Shown: positions 30,674-41,581, counted from the stretch's first letter. The stretch is DNA of 64,000 nucleotides from Rubripirellula sp. (GCA_965216875.1 OZ244207.1:2848001-2912000), one strand, 5' to 3'. Numbers and translations: made by a program. Notes: generated from the sequence alone by a model not told the origin.

Positions 30674-31237
30674 ATGAAACTGAAATCCATCGCAATCGCC
30701 ATGCTGCTCGCAGTCGGACTGCCGCAGCTTGCAACCGCCGAACAACTCAACGCAGTCGAAAGTGAATCGACAATCAAATTCGTCGGGTCAAAAGCTGACG
30801 GCAAACATGAGGGTGGCTTCAACAAATTCACCGTCAATGCCGAGGCGGATTTCCAAGACGCGTCGAAAAGCTCGATCTCCTTTGAAATCGACGCCAAGAG
30901 CATTTGGTCCGACAATGACAAGTTGACCAACCATCTAAAGAGCCCAGACTTTTTCGACGTTCGCAACAATCCAACGATCACGTTTGAGTCGACCGAGATC
31001 GTTCCCGGCGAAGCCAAGGAAGGAAAAGCGAAAGGGACTGTCAAAGGCAAGATGACCATGATCGGAAAAACGGTCGAGGTCGAGATCCCAATCACCGCGG
31101 AAGTCAACGAAGACGCGTTGCACCTAAAGGCCGAGTTTTCGATCGACCGCACCAAGTGGGGCATGACCTACGGCCAAGGCAAGATCAACAACGATGTCGA
31201 AATCAAAGTCGACATCGCGTTCAAGCGTGAAGGCTGA
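30674..31237 (+). CDS. yceI: YceI family lipid/polyisoprenoid-binding protein
   Basis: Signal peptide; STIKFVG, HEGGF, HLKSPDFFDV..PTITF and IDRTKWGM; GAGGTG RBS. Confidence 0.92.
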   Translation: MKLKSIAIAMLLAVGLPQLATAEQLNAVESESTIKFVGSKADGKHEGGFNKFTVNAEADFQDASKSSISFEIDAKSIWSDNDKLTNHLKSPDFFDVRNNPTITFESTEIVPGEAKEGKAKGTVKGKMTMIGKTVEVEIPITAEVNEDALHLKAEFSIDRTKWGMTYGQGKINNDVEIKVDIAFKREG

Positions 31238-31245
31238 GCGGTCTC

Positions 31246-32136
31246 ATGCTTGAAACCTCGACCATCCTTTGGTCGATCACTGCGCCAGCCGTGCTTGTGA
31301 TCATCGCAATCACGGCTGGCTCCTTTTGGGGCGACAAGTCACCGCGTCTCCAACGCGCATGCATGGCGATGGGCTGGTGGATCGCCATCCATCTCGCTCT
31401 CATTGCCGGTGATCAGTGGAACTGGCCGATCCCAACGTTTGAGACGGAAGCTTCCGGCGATCCCGTCGAAGCTTGGCGTTTCGGAACCTGGGGCCTGCTC
31501 GCCATGACCGTTGCGTCGTGGCTGGTGCTGTCGCCCAAGAACGAGACGGATACCCATACCAGCTCCCTCGCCTTTTCCGTCATCGCACTCTTGACCCTCC
31601 TGATCATCACCCCAACGGGCGACAACTGGGAAGACACGACGGCACTGCACCGAGTCTGGATACCGATCACCGCCATCGCCTTCATGACCAATTGTCTCGG
31701 AGTGATGTCGCTCGCGACAAAGGGGGCGTCACGCTGGTGTTTGTGGGTTGCGTTGGCCGGTTTGTGCGGCCCTCTCGCCATGGCCCTGGCAACCTATGCC
31801 AGCTTGTCACATTGGTGCATCGCCATCCTGGTCGCCACCGCCCTGTTTGCAGTTGCCGCAAGCTTCACGTCGAAGGTTTCACCCGCGGTGATCCTTCCAT
31901 CCTCGATGCTTGCCGCGGTCGTCATCGTCTACGTCGCAAGACACTATTCGTACATTGACTACCCGGTCTGGACGAACGCGCTGGTCCTCTTCCTGCCGAC
32001 AATGGTTGCGACAGCCGATATTCCGTTGCGCTCGAAGAAAACGCCGGTACGAGTCGCCGTCGCGTTTGTGATTGCAGCGATCGCGTCCGGACTTTCCGTC
32101 TGGCAGGTTCTGCTGCGAGAAACAGAAACCTGGTAG
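31246..32136 (+). CDS. Polytopic membrane protein
   Basis: About 9-10 hydrophobic helices; starts 8 nt after yceI. Confidence 0.8.
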   Translation: MLETSTILWSITAPAVLVIIAITAGSFWGDKSPRLQRACMAMGWWIAIHLALIAGDQWNWPIPTFETEASGDPVEAWRFGTWGLLAMTVASWLVLSPKNETDTHTSSLAFSVIALLTLLIITPTGDNWEDTTALHRVWIPITAIAFMTNCLGVMSLATKGASRWCLWVALAGLCGPLAMALATYASLSHWCIAILVATALFAVAASFTSKVSPAVILPSSMLAAVVIVYVARHYSYIDYPVWTNALVLFLPTMVATADIPLRSKKTPVRVAVAFVIAAIASGLSVWQVLLRETETW

Positions 32137-32144
32137 ACGAAACC

Positions 32145-32177
32145 ATCGTCGCCTTTCGCTCCGTCGAAAGAAGCGTT
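32145..32177. repeat. REP-like palindrome, family B
   Basis: ATCGTCGCCTTTCGCTCCGTCGAAAGAAGCGTT between convergent genes. Confidence 0.8.
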
Positions 32178-32205
32178 TCGCCCATCCCGCTCAGTAGCAT
32201 CAGCC

Positions 32206-32997
32206 CTACGCGGCGCGCGCCAACGGCTTGCTTTCGGTTCCGAGCGTTTGCACTGCATCAGTGTTGCCCGTCAAATCGACCTGCAAGGTTTCGACCAGAC
32301 GATCAATTTGAAATGGTTTGCTGACGACCAAATCGATGCCGGCACTCACAGCTTGTGTGACTTGATCGGGTGACGGCGCATTGGCGATCCAAACATGACG
32401 TTTGTGTCCACTCGCGTCGCCACAAGCGGCCAGACGTCTGTGCCAATGCTCGGCGGTTGATTCCTCGGCAACCGAATCGTCCCACCAATACATTTCCACG
32501 CCCCGCACACTGAGCGAGTTGGGCGAAGGGCACCAAACGGCCGTCACTTCGTTTTCGGCCGCGAGATCCAACAGTGGTTCGGCCATCGTGTAAGTTGCCG
32601 TGACCACACCAACGCTCATTGGCGCGACACGGTGATTCACTCCCGAAGGAGCTGCAATCCAATTGGGGATCTCTTGAATCCAACGATGCCAGCGGCAGCG
32701 TTGGTAATCGGCGTCGCCGCGAACGATCATTCGGTCGGCAACGCAACGGGGTCCGATCAGTTCAAGAAGTGAAGCATCGGGCTGTTGTCGCCGGAGCGCT
32801 TCGAGATCGGCACCGGTGACTGGCGTTCCCCACGAACGTGTGAGAACGATCTTGGAGACGCAACTTGCCGGTCGCTTCACCGCCTGTCGAAGCGAACTGC
32901 GGTATGCGATCTGAGAAACATGCTCTTCGCAATATGCAAATGCGTCTGCAAACTCGGGTGACTCGCGATCACCAATCCACATCAATGTCTCGGTCAC
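32206..32997 (-). CDS. Hypothetical protein with a degenerate receiver-like C-terminus
   Basis: AVSAGIDLVVSKPFQIDRL resembles the end of a REC domain; GTG start. Confidence 0.7.
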   Translation of the reverse strand: MTETLMWIGDRESPEFADAFAYCEEHVSQIAYRSSLRQAVKRPASCVSKIVLTRSWGTPVTGADLEALRRQQPDASLLELIGPRCVADRMIVRGDADYQRCRWHRWIQEIPNWIAAPSGVNHRVAPMSVGVVTATYTMAEPLLDLAAENEVTAVWCPSPNSLSVRGVEMYWWDDSVAEESTAEHWHRRLAACGDASGHKRHVWIANAPSPDQVTQAVSAGIDLVVSKPFQIDRLVETLQVDLTGNTDAVQTLGTESKPLARAA

Positions 32998-33064
32998 GAC
33001 AGGATCCTTCCCTGAAACTCATCCATCCCGATCCTACGACCATCCTGGCCAATCGGGTCCGCCA

Positions 33065-33766
33065 TTAAGATTCGTCGATTCGTTCTTCCGAAGCTCTCAA
33101 TGAATGCCAAGCGTCCGCCGGTCCCTGACTCTCTCGGAGCGCCTCCAGCAGTTCACCATCGCCAATCATTCGGCTCAGCTTGGCAAGGATACGGAGGTGC
33201 GACGAATCGTCGTAAGAGCAAATCAGAAAGAAGATGTCCGTCAGATGACCTTGGTCTGAAAAGGGGATCGCAGCCGGACAGACTGCCAAGGCAATCACCG
33301 AATCGGAAAGGATCGAGGTCTGCGGGCGACGCGGGTGAAGCAATGCCACCCCGCCGGCGAGCGCCGTGGGGTGCATTTGCTCGCGCGCCTTGACCGCCTC
33401 AGCCATTGCGGGCGCATCCCACATCAAACCTGAATTTGCAGCGAGATCGCACATCGATCGGATCACCGAACCGCGCGTCCGAGCATTCAGCGGGGCGGAA
33501 ATCGTGTCCGGGCTGCACAAATGATGAATCGGACGCTCCGCTTCACCGCCCGATGCGCGATCGAGCACTTTTTGAACTCGATCCAACTCGTCGCCCTCGC
33601 TGACCCCGATGCGATCTTCGAGCCAGTGATGAATTTCAGCTTCGCTAAACCGCCACTGCCCCCCAACTTTGCGCCCAGGAAGCTTGCCGCGGACCGCCAT
33701 CTTTGTCACCTGGTCAGGCGTCAAATGCAAGTAATCGGCGAGTTTCGCGACATCAAGGTCTTCCAC
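33065..33766 (-). CDS. Excisionase-type HTH + PTS EIIA (Fru/Ntr-type) protein
   Basis: LADYLHL..GKLPGRKVGGQWRF (HTH_17); REQMHPTALAGGVALLHPR phospho-His motif; HLRILAKLSR. Confidence 0.9.
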   Translation of the reverse strand: MEDLDVAKLADYLHLTPDQVTKMAVRGKLPGRKVGGQWRFSEAEIHHWLEDRIGVSEGDELDRVQKVLDRASGGEAERPIHHLCSPDTISAPLNARTRGSVIRSMCDLAANSGLMWDAPAMAEAVKAREQMHPTALAGGVALLHPRRPQTSILSDSVIALAVCPAAIPFSDQGHLTDIFFLICSYDDSSHLRILAKLSRMIGDGELLEALRESQGPADAWHSLRASEERIDES

Positions 33767-33921
33767 AGCAGTGAGCCCATCGAGGGAATGAGGATATTGG
33801 GTGAGTCCTAATGATAGCGTGACCAGTCGTTTGCGATTCACCTTGACCAGCAAGCCTTCGACGGGTTAATCCCCATCCAAAGAACGATTTTGAACAATCC
33901 CCGGATTTTCGCTCAAGCTTG

Positions 33922-35673
33922 ATGGACGTCTTCGCCGACACTCTCCGACCTTCGCGCCGATTCAGCGCAACCCCACGCCTTCGCGATGCGTTGGTCGCTG
34001 CGCTGGTATTTCTCGCGTGCGCGAGTCGTCATCACGACGCGTTGGCACAAGCGATCGCTCCGACACCGGTGCAAAGCGGCGTCGGTGCCTCGGGCGGCCC
34101 CGTCGGGATACCAAGAACTAATTTAGCGCCAATTGATCCTTCGGCAAATTTCGGGACGCCCGCACCTGCTGGTGACCCCTATGCTGCTCAGCCTCAACCC
34201 CAGGGCGTCTTCGGCAACGGAATTGCACCGTCGCAACCTGGCTCGAGTCTTTTCAGCCGCATCTTTTCGCGGCCGGCTGCGACTCCGTCCGGTCCCGCAT
34301 TCACGCCCGCGCCGACCGTTGCCCCCAATCAAGGTTTTGCCAATCCCGGTTTTTCCAACCAAGGTTTCGCAAATCCAGGCCTCGCAACCTCCCCTGGAAT
34401 CGCCCCGGTCAACCCCGGCGTGAACCAAGGCTTCGCCCCCAACCCTGGATTCGCAACACCGATCGCACCAGCTCCAACGGCACCCGGCATTGGCTCGCCA
34501 GGTTTGGGCTCAGCTGGACTGGGTGCACAACCCTTTGGCACACCGGCGCCCTACAACCCCGGCGCTGGCGGAACCACACTTGGACAACCTGGACTGATTC
34601 AACCGGCTCCAATACAGCCCGGTTACCCTCAACCTGGTTTCGCTCAACCGATGCCTGGCTTCGCGCAACCAGGTTACGCCCAACCTGGCTTTGGGCAGGC
34701 TGCCGGCTATGGGCAACCCAACTACGGCTATGTCCAACCCGGATATGGGCAACCCAACTATCCAACTTCCATCTACCCCTCCAACACACCTCAGACGCTG
34801 TACCCAGGCGGCTTGTTTGGCGGGAACAGTCAATGGATCAACGGGCCGGGCATCACCGCTTCAGCGTACCGTTTGTTCCAAGGACCGCGTTTTCAGCACA
34901 CGTTTGTCAACGCGAGTGGAAGTCGACCGTACGACTTACAAACCAACGACACTGACGTTTCGCTCGTCTTTGCCGTCCCGCGTTTCTTTTATTCAAGCCA
35001 GCCGCTGTTCATCATTCCGTCCTTCTCGTTGCACCTTTGGGACGGGCCCGATGGAATCATCGGTGCCGACTTGCCCCCCAATGCTTACAGCGCCTTCTTG
35101 GACTTCGGTTGGGAGTCAAACCCGAACGCGATGGTCGGGACGGAGTTTGGTCTACGCCTGGGCGTCTTTACCGACTTCAAGACCTACAACAAACGAAGCT
35201 TCCGGACACTTGGTAAGGGATTGGTTCACTTTCGCATGTCGCCGACCTGCACCGTGCGGGGAGGTGTTTATTACGTTGACCGCGTGACCGTAAAACTGAT
35301 TCCTGCTGTCGGGATCTTGTACCAACCCAACCCGCTCGCCCGTTACGACTTTTTCTTTCCCAAACCAAAGTTCTCACGTTACCTACGCACGGTGGGTACG
35401 CGAGACGTTTGGTGGTACCTCGGCGGCGACTTTGGTGGCGGTTCTTGGACCATCAAACGAACCGATGGCACCGAGGACAGTATCGATATCAACGAACTGC
35501 GCGTCGCATTTGGCATCGAAACTGGATTCAACGAACAGCTTCGGCTCGGCCGGCGCAAAGGTTTCTTCGAAGTGGGCTACGCCTTCAAACGCGAAGTCAA
35601 GTATCGCCTCAGTCCGTTTAATGACTTTGATCCGCGCGACAACGTTTGGTTCCGCCTCGGGTTCGGTTACTAG
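33922..35673 (+). CDS. Exported protein: Pro/Gly/Gln-rich low-complexity N-region plus C-terminal outer-membrane beta-barrel
   Basis: Signal peptide ..ALA-Q; NQGF/NPGF/QPG(Y/F) repeats; amphipathic strands ending WFRLGFGY. Confidence 0.82.
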   Translation: MDVFADTLRPSRRFSATPRLRDALVAALVFLACASRHHDALAQAIAPTPVQSGVGASGGPVGIPRTNLAPIDPSANFGTPAPAGDPYAAQPQPQGVFGNGIAPSQPGSSLFSRIFSRPAATPSGPAFTPAPTVAPNQGFANPGFSNQGFANPGLATSPGIAPVNPGVNQGFAPNPGFATPIAPAPTAPGIGSPGLGSAGLGAQPFGTPAPYNPGAGGTTLGQPGLIQPAPIQPGYPQPGFAQPMPGFAQPGYAQPGFGQAAGYGQPNYGYVQPGYGQPNYPTSIYPSNTPQTLYPGGLFGGNSQWINGPGITASAYRLFQGPRFQHTFVNASGSRPYDLQTNDTDVSLVFAVPRFFYSSQPLFIIPSFSLHLWDGPDGIIGADLPPNAYSAFLDFGWESNPNAMVGTEFGLRLGVFTDFKTYNKRSFRTLGKGLVHFRMSPTCTVRGGVYYVDRVTVKLIPAVGILYQPNPLARYDFFFPKPKFSRYLRTVGTRDVWWYLGGDFGGGSWTIKRTDGTEDSIDINELRVAFGIETGFNEQLRLGRRKGFFEVGYAFKREVKYRLSPFNDFDPRDNVWFRLGFGY

Positions 35674-35691
35674 CAGCGCATCACACCACCA

Positions 35692-37200
35692 TCAAACCGC
35701 TGGATAGATCCAAGCGAACAACATGGTGAAAACGAGCGCCGTCAGGCCCATGATCGTGCTCAGTGGCGAGATCGTTCTCAGCCCTTCCGATTCGGTCATG
35801 CCAGTCATCCGCGTGATCACCCAAAAGGCGCTGTCGTTCATCCACGAAATCGGCTTGCTTCCCGCACCGATCGCCATCGCAAGGTACACCGGATGAAACG
35901 GCAAACCTTCGCCAGCGAACCCTTGTAAGATCCCTGCCGAGGTCACCATCGCAACGGTCGCTGAACCTTGAACGGTTCGCACTGACGCTGTGATCAAGAA
36001 GGCAACGGGCAAGATCATCAAACCGGGGACACCTTGAGCGATGTCTTTCACACCTTCCTCGATCCCGGCCTGACGGAGCATCGCGCCGAAAGCGCCACCG
36101 GCGGCGGTAATCAAGATGATCGTGCCGCCCGATGCGAGCGCCCGAGAAACGAGCGACCGCCGCTTTTCTTTCGGGCAATACTTCATGAGCGCCATCGCAA
36201 GCAACGCGCCAAAGCCGAGAGCAATGTTCTTGTTGCCAAGCAACTTCACAACGCCGTAGCCGTCGATCGGCGGTGGCTCGACGAGAACGTCATCCTTTTC
36301 CGGAATCGCCGTCACCTCAACAGCAACCGCCGCCGCGTTTTCGCGTGCTTCTGCTTCGGCCTTTGCCTGCTTGGACAGATAGTTTGCCACCGAGCCGGCG
36401 GCGATCAGAAGAATCGGCACCACAATGGGTGCCAGCGCGAGCGCAATCGACGGTTGGGGTTGGTCATTAGGGTCTTCGGCCGCCTCTTCGGCAGCAAGGT
36501 CTTCCTCGAGACGCAGTGGCACGTCGACCCAACGATCGAGCAAACGTGCTGCCGCAAGTGACACGATGCTTCCACAACCTCCGATGACCAAACCGGCAGC
36601 CATCATCGTTCCGATATCAACCTTGACCAACTCGGCAACGAGCAGCGGTCCGGGGGTAGGCGGAACCAAGGAGTGGGCCAGCGAACCGCCGGCGAGAATT
36701 GCCAGAATGAACAACACATAGTGGCCGCCGACGCGGGCGCGCAACGATCTGGCCAACGGCAACATCAAGTAGAAAACGGTATCGAAGAAGACTGGAATCG
36801 CCAGCACGAACGATCCGGCCGCAAGCGCTTCGGGAGCCCGTTTGGGGCCGGTCACCGCCAGCATTCGCTGAACGATCGCACTCGCGGCGCCCGATTCCAA
36901 CAAACACTGGCCGATAATGCTCGCCAGTGCGATCAAAATGCCTATCTTGGCTGTCATTTCACCAAATGACGTCGCCAAGCGGCTCGGGGCGTTCGTTTTC
37001 ACAAGCGACTGCGCCTCAGGCAGCGACATGTTGCCGCGGTCCACTTCGATTTGAGCGTAACCGACCAGCGCCGAACCGGGTGTGAGCGCAGCAACCAACA
37101 GTCCAGCGGCCAACAACGCCAAAAACGCGTGCAGCCGAAAGACGAGAATCGATACCAAGACAACGACGATCGCGAGGGCAACGATCAGCCAAACGTTCAT
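35692..37200 (-). CDS. GntP family (gluconate:H+ symporter-like) permease
   Basis: LHAFLAL, IGQCLLESGAA, IPVFFD, HSLVPPTPGP, QGSATVA and SWMNDSAFW; GGAAGG RBS. Confidence 0.92.
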   Translation of the reverse strand: MNVWLIVALAIVVVLVSILVFRLHAFLALLAAGLLVAALTPGSALVGYAQIEVDRGNMSLPEAQSLVKTNAPSRLATSFGEMTAKIGILIALASIIGQCLLESGAASAIVQRMLAVTGPKRAPEALAAGSFVLAIPVFFDTVFYLMLPLARSLRARVGGHYVLFILAILAGGSLAHSLVPPTPGPLLVAELVKVDIGTMMAAGLVIGGCGSIVSLAAARLLDRWVDVPLRLEEDLAAEEAAEDPNDQPQPSIALALAPIVVPILLIAAGSVANYLSKQAKAEAEARENAAAVAVEVTAIPEKDDVLVEPPPIDGYGVVKLLGNKNIALGFGALLAMALMKYCPKEKRRSLVSRALASGGTIILITAAGGAFGAMLRQAGIEEGVKDIAQGVPGLMILPVAFLITASVRTVQGSATVAMVTSAGILQGFAGEGLPFHPVYLAMAIGAGSKPISWMNDSAFWVITRMTGMTESEGLRTISPLSTIMGLTALVFTMLFAWIYPAV

Positions 37201-37631
37201 TGACCTTCCTCAGTAAGTGTCAATCTCGAAGTTTCAATCTTGGCGACCAAGGCGAAAAGGCCTCGGCAACCAGACCTCAACCACGCAAAAAAGCGGATGT
37301 CCGAGGCAGTGGGCGACCATCACGGGTCGAGGTGGGCAAATACTTTCCGAATCCGTACCGTTCCTTGCGCATCCCCTAGCAGACCAAACGGCGGAATTAC
37401 ATTAACCTATCGGCTCAGTAGCCGTGGCGTGCCAGAGTCAAGATTCTCTCGCACCGGGACGATCCTTACTATTGAGCGGTGCTTCTTTCCTCACGCGGGT
37501 CAAGTGTGAGCTAAGAAGAAGAGTGGGGGTTCACTCGCAGCAACCTTGTTGTTGTGGCTGGCCGTGTTGTCGTGGCTGCCTAAGATGCGGTTCAAACCCT
37601 GTCCCTTGAAAGACGACTTAGCCGACCAATC

Positions 37632-38474
37632 ATGAGTGCGACTGAAGCCTCAACTGAGACATCGTTTTTTCTTCGCCACGAGTTTGCCATCCGCCGCGTC
37701 CATTCGCTGCTTGGCATCGTTCCTCTGGGCCTCTACATGTTCATCCACTTGGCGACCAACGCCAGCTTGATGAATGGTTCAGAGACCTTCCAGCGGGCGG
37801 TCTACCTCATTCACAGCCCAGGCAAACTATTGCCGCTGATCGAATGGGGTGGCATCTTTGGCCCCTTGATCTTTCACGCGGTGCTCGGCGTCTGGATTGC
37901 CAAAACGGGCAAGTCAAACAGCAGCCAATACAAATTCACGGCCAACCGCAGGTACAGCTGGCAGCGATGGACCGGTTTTATCGCTTTGATCTACCTGTTC
38001 TGTCATATCCTTCACCTTCACGGCTGGTTCCACGCCCACTGGTGGCGGGAGGCGATTTCGGTCGTCGATCTTGGAGTATTCCGACCCTATAACGCTGCCA
38101 GCACACTGGTCGAAGCGATGAGCGGTTGGTTCTGGCCAGCGTTCTATCTGATCGGCGTGCTCTGTTGCGTTTACCACCTTGCCAACGGTTTATGGACTGC
38201 GGGAATCACGTGGGGCCTGTGGATTTCGCCCAAAGCACAAGAGCGTGCATCGAAGGTTTGCACGGTCATCGGACTAGGACTGGCAATCCTTGGAACCACC
38301 GCATGGTGGGCAGCGGTAGCACCTGGTTCGGCCGAAGCAGCCAAATACAAGCAGACCGAAGACACCATGTATCGCGCCGCAGTCGACTCGGGTTGGGTCC
38401 CTGCCAACGAAGAGAAGCGAACCGTTGTCGAAACCGAGGAATCTGAAGACTCCGATTCAGATTCCGAAGATTGA
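37632..38474 (+). CDS. sdhC: Succinate dehydrogenase cytochrome b558 subunit
   Basis: RRVHSLLGIVPLG..HL, FHA..G, WQRWTG, YHLANGLW..ITWG heme-His pattern; first gene of the operon. Confidence 0.93.
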   Translation: MSATEASTETSFFLRHEFAIRRVHSLLGIVPLGLYMFIHLATNASLMNGSETFQRAVYLIHSPGKLLPLIEWGGIFGPLIFHAVLGVWIAKTGKSNSSQYKFTANRRYSWQRWTGFIALIYLFCHILHLHGWFHAHWWREAISVVDLGVFRPYNAASTLVEAMSGWFWPAFYLIGVLCCVYHLANGLWTAGITWGLWISPKAQERASKVCTVIGLGLAILGTTAWWAAVAPGSAEAAKYKQTEDTMYRAAVDSGWVPANEEKRTVVETEESEDSDSDSED

Positions 38475-38545
38475 AACATCAAACCAAAGTCTTACTCAAA
38501 TCGCCCGTGATAGGGCGAAAGATTACAAGCGACTGAAGTAAAGCT

Positions 38546-40525
38546 ATGGCAGACCATCGTGTGGTAGTCGTTGGCGGCGGATTGGCCGGTTTGGCATCGA
38601 CTATGAAGTTGGCCGAACTCGGCGTCAAAGTCGACCTGATTTCGTTGACGCCCGTGAAGCGTTCGCACAGCGTTTGCGCACAGGGCGGTATCAACAGCTG
38701 CAACGACCAAACTCGGCAACTCGGCGACAACGAATGGAAACACCTTGACGATACGGTCTATGGTGGTGACTTCCTGAACCATCAACCGCCAGTCAAAGAG
38801 ATGGCCTATTGGGCGCCCAAAGTCATCGAATTGATGGATCGACTTGGCGTGCCCTTCAATCGTACCGGTGAAGGCTTCATTGACCGCCGTCGCTTCGGTG
38901 GCACACTTTACAAGCGAACCGCTTTCGCCGGTGCCACGACCGGCCAACAACTCCTTTACGCACTTGATGAACAAGTCCGCCGCCGCGAGGCCGAAGGTTT
39001 GGTCAAGAAGTACGAGTTTTGGGATTTCCTCGGCCCAATCCAAGACGACTCCGGACGATGCCGCGGCGTTGTCGCCCAAGATATGGTGTCGATGGACATT
39101 CGCGCCTTTCCCGCCGATGCGGTCGTCGTCGCAACGGGTGGCTGTGGGCTGGTGTATGGCCGCAGCACGATGAGTGTCTTTTGCACCGGCAGTGCGGCGA
39201 GCCGTTGTTTCCAAGCGGGCGCACGTTACGCCAACGGTGAATTCATTCAGGTTCACCCGACTGCAATCCCCGGAAGCGACAAACTTCGCTTGATGAGCGA
39301 GTCGGCCCGCGGAGAAGGTGGACGCGTTTGGGTGCCAACCAAGCCGCAAGACGCTCGTGCACCTCGCGATATCCCTGCCGGCGAACGCTATTATTTTCTC
39401 GAAGAACGTTATCCCGAATACGGGAACCTCGTTCCTCGCGACATTGCCACGCGTGAGATTTTTGACATCTGCGTTAACGATGGCTTGAGCATCGAGAAAG
39501 AGCGGATGAGCGTCTACTTGGACCTAACGCACATCTCCAAGAGCGAACTCGACCGAAAGCTCGGCGGCATCCTGGATATCTACGAAAAGTTCCAAGGCGT
39601 CGACCCGCGCGTCGAGCCAATGCGGATCTTCCCCGCAGTTCACTACAGCATGGGCGGTCTCTGGGCCGACTACGCCAAGAGTGGTGATGGCGGCTTGCTT
39701 CCCGGCGCACCTCAAAACCACATGACCGACATTCAAGGTCTGTATGCAATCGGTGAATGCGATTACCACTACCACGGTGCTAATCGCCTCGGCGCCAACT
39801 CGCTACTCTCGTGCATCTTCACCGGCCTATTCACCGGTAGCTCAATCCTGAATTACGCCAAAGATCAAAGCCAAGGTCACGCCGACGTTGCTTCGTCGGT
39901 GATCGACGCCGCGGTCGGAGCGCAAAAGGATCGTCACGACAAACTGCTCAAGAATGACGCCGATGGTGATGAGAACCCGTACCTGATTCACCAGGAACTT
40001 GGCGATTTGATGACTCGAGTCGCGACCGTCGTTCGTCGCAATGACCAACTCGAAGAAGCGATCGGCAAGGTCAACGAACTGCACGAGCGTGCGGCCCGCG
40101 TCAGCCTTTCGGACACAGGCAGCTGGTCGAATCAAAACGTGATCTTCTCGAAAGCACTACAAGACATGTTCCCGCTGGCCAAGTCGATTTTGAAAGGCGC
40201 ATTGCAACGCGACGAATGTCGCGGCGCACACTTCAAACCCGACTTCCAAAAGTCCTCGCTCACCTCGGAAGACCCCGCCGAGCGACGGCAACAGGCTGAA
40301 AAGTGGTGCGACGACTTCGAGGCGAACAATCAGAAGTACCTCAAGAGCACCGTTGCGACCTGGAACCACACCGACAACACACCGGATCTCGACTACGAAG
40401 ATGTCGACACATCGCTTATCCCACCACGGCCGCGTTTGTACGGCTTGGTCGGCGCCGAAGTGATCGAAGAGGTTTGGAAAGAACGCAGCGATAAAAAACA
40501 GGCAACAGCCGAGGCGGCGACCTAG
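38546..40525 (+). CDS. sdhA: Succinate dehydrogenase flavoprotein subunit
   Basis: GGGLAG, RSHSVCAQGGIN (covalent FAD His), QVHPT, SESARGEGG, HYSMGG and HGANRLGANSL. Confidence 0.97.
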   Translation: MADHRVVVVGGGLAGLASTMKLAELGVKVDLISLTPVKRSHSVCAQGGINSCNDQTRQLGDNEWKHLDDTVYGGDFLNHQPPVKEMAYWAPKVIELMDRLGVPFNRTGEGFIDRRRFGGTLYKRTAFAGATTGQQLLYALDEQVRRREAEGLVKKYEFWDFLGPIQDDSGRCRGVVAQDMVSMDIRAFPADAVVVATGGCGLVYGRSTMSVFCTGSAASRCFQAGARYANGEFIQVHPTAIPGSDKLRLMSESARGEGGRVWVPTKPQDARAPRDIPAGERYYFLEERYPEYGNLVPRDIATREIFDICVNDGLSIEKERMSVYLDLTHISKSELDRKLGGILDIYEKFQGVDPRVEPMRIFPAVHYSMGGLWADYAKSGDGGLLPGAPQNHMTDIQGLYAIGECDYHYHGANRLGANSLLSCIFTGLFTGSSILNYAKDQSQGHADVASSVIDAAVGAQKDRHDKLLKNDADGDENPYLIHQELGDLMTRVATVVRRNDQLEEAIGKVNELHERAARVSLSDTGSWSNQNVIFSKALQDMFPLAKSILKGALQRDECRGAHFKPDFQKSSLTSEDPAERRQQAEKWCDDFEANNQKYLKSTVATWNHTDNTPDLDYEDVDTSLIPPRPRLYGLVGAEVIEEVWKERSDKKQATAEAAT

Positions 40526-40631
40526 CCTGAACTTGAGGCCTAAGACCAAACGCAAAGTCGCGGGCCTTTCCCCACTTCAATAATGACTTGACACACATCC
40601 CACGTCATCTCGCCGAGTACAGGATCGAAGG

Positions 40632-41477
40632 ATGATTGCCCTGGAACGAAAACAACCCGATTCGATCAAAGTTCGCGTCCGCCGCCAGGACGGCCCGGGC
40701 CAAGAACCGTATTGGGAACTTCACCGCCTTCCCTACGAGCCCGAATTGAACGTGATCAGCGTTCTTCAAAAACTCGCTCGTCAGGCAACGACGGCGGACG
40801 GCAAAAAAGTCACCCCGATTGCTTGGGATTGCGGATGCCTGGAAGAGGTTTGCGGCGCCTGCACGATGCAAATCAATGGCCGCGTTCGACAAAGTTGCAG
40901 TGCGCTCGTCGACAGGTTGCTTGCAGACAACGAGGACGAAATCGTTCTCGAACCGATGAGCAAATTCCCTGTCGTGCGTGACTTGGTCGTTGATCGACAA
41001 CGCCTGTTCCGAAGCTTGACCCGCGTCAAAGCCTGGGTTCCCGTCGACAGCTACTACAACATGGGAGCCGGCGAACGCCAACTTCGCGCTCAACAAGAAC
41101 AGAACTATCCGCTCAGCGAATGCATGAGCTGCGGATGCTGTGTCGACGCCTGCCCACAGTTCCAAAAGATTGAACTGACGCAGGAGTCGGGTGAATCAGA
41201 CGAAGATTTCGAAGCACGCAAGTTGGCCGCATTCGACAGTGGCTTTGTCGGGCCGCACGCGATCTCCCAAGCCATGTTGTTCAACAACCACCCCACCGGC
41301 AAATCGATCGCAGACCAACGTCTCGATGCCCTGACCGGACCAGGTGGCATTCAAGCCTGCGGGAACGCTCAAAACTGCGTTGCTGTATGCCCCAAATCGA
41401 TTCCGCTGACCACTTCGATTGCTCGCGCTGGACGCGCCGCAACCGTGCATTCCATTCGCAAATGGTTTGAAAAGTAG
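40632..41477 (+). CDS. sdhB: Succinate dehydrogenase iron-sulfur subunit
   Basis: CLEEVCGAC..C, CMSCGCCVDACP and CGNAQNCVAVCP cluster motifs. Confidence 0.97.
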   Translation: MIALERKQPDSIKVRVRRQDGPGQEPYWELHRLPYEPELNVISVLQKLARQATTADGKKVTPIAWDCGCLEEVCGACTMQINGRVRQSCSALVDRLLADNEDEIVLEPMSKFPVVRDLVVDRQRLFRSLTRVKAWVPVDSYYNMGAGERQLRAQQEQNYPLSECMSCGCCVDACPQFQKIELTQESGESDEDFEARKLAAFDSGFVGPHAISQAMLFNNHPTGKSIADQRLDALTGPGGIQACGNAQNCVAVCPKSIPLTTSIARAGRAATVHSIRKWFEK

Positions 41478-41581
41478 GCGATCGAAAACGGGCGTCGAGC
41501 CGGCGCGAGGCGCGAACCCCACCGTGGCCCGCTGCGTCCCTCGGGAAACCTTTCCCGAATACGCAAACTCCCCGCGGCCAG

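Noticed and set aside
37201..37631. Riboswitch or ncRNA in the gntP-sdhC intergenic region
   Set aside because: No recognisable aptamer consensus; consistent with an ordinary divergent promoter region.
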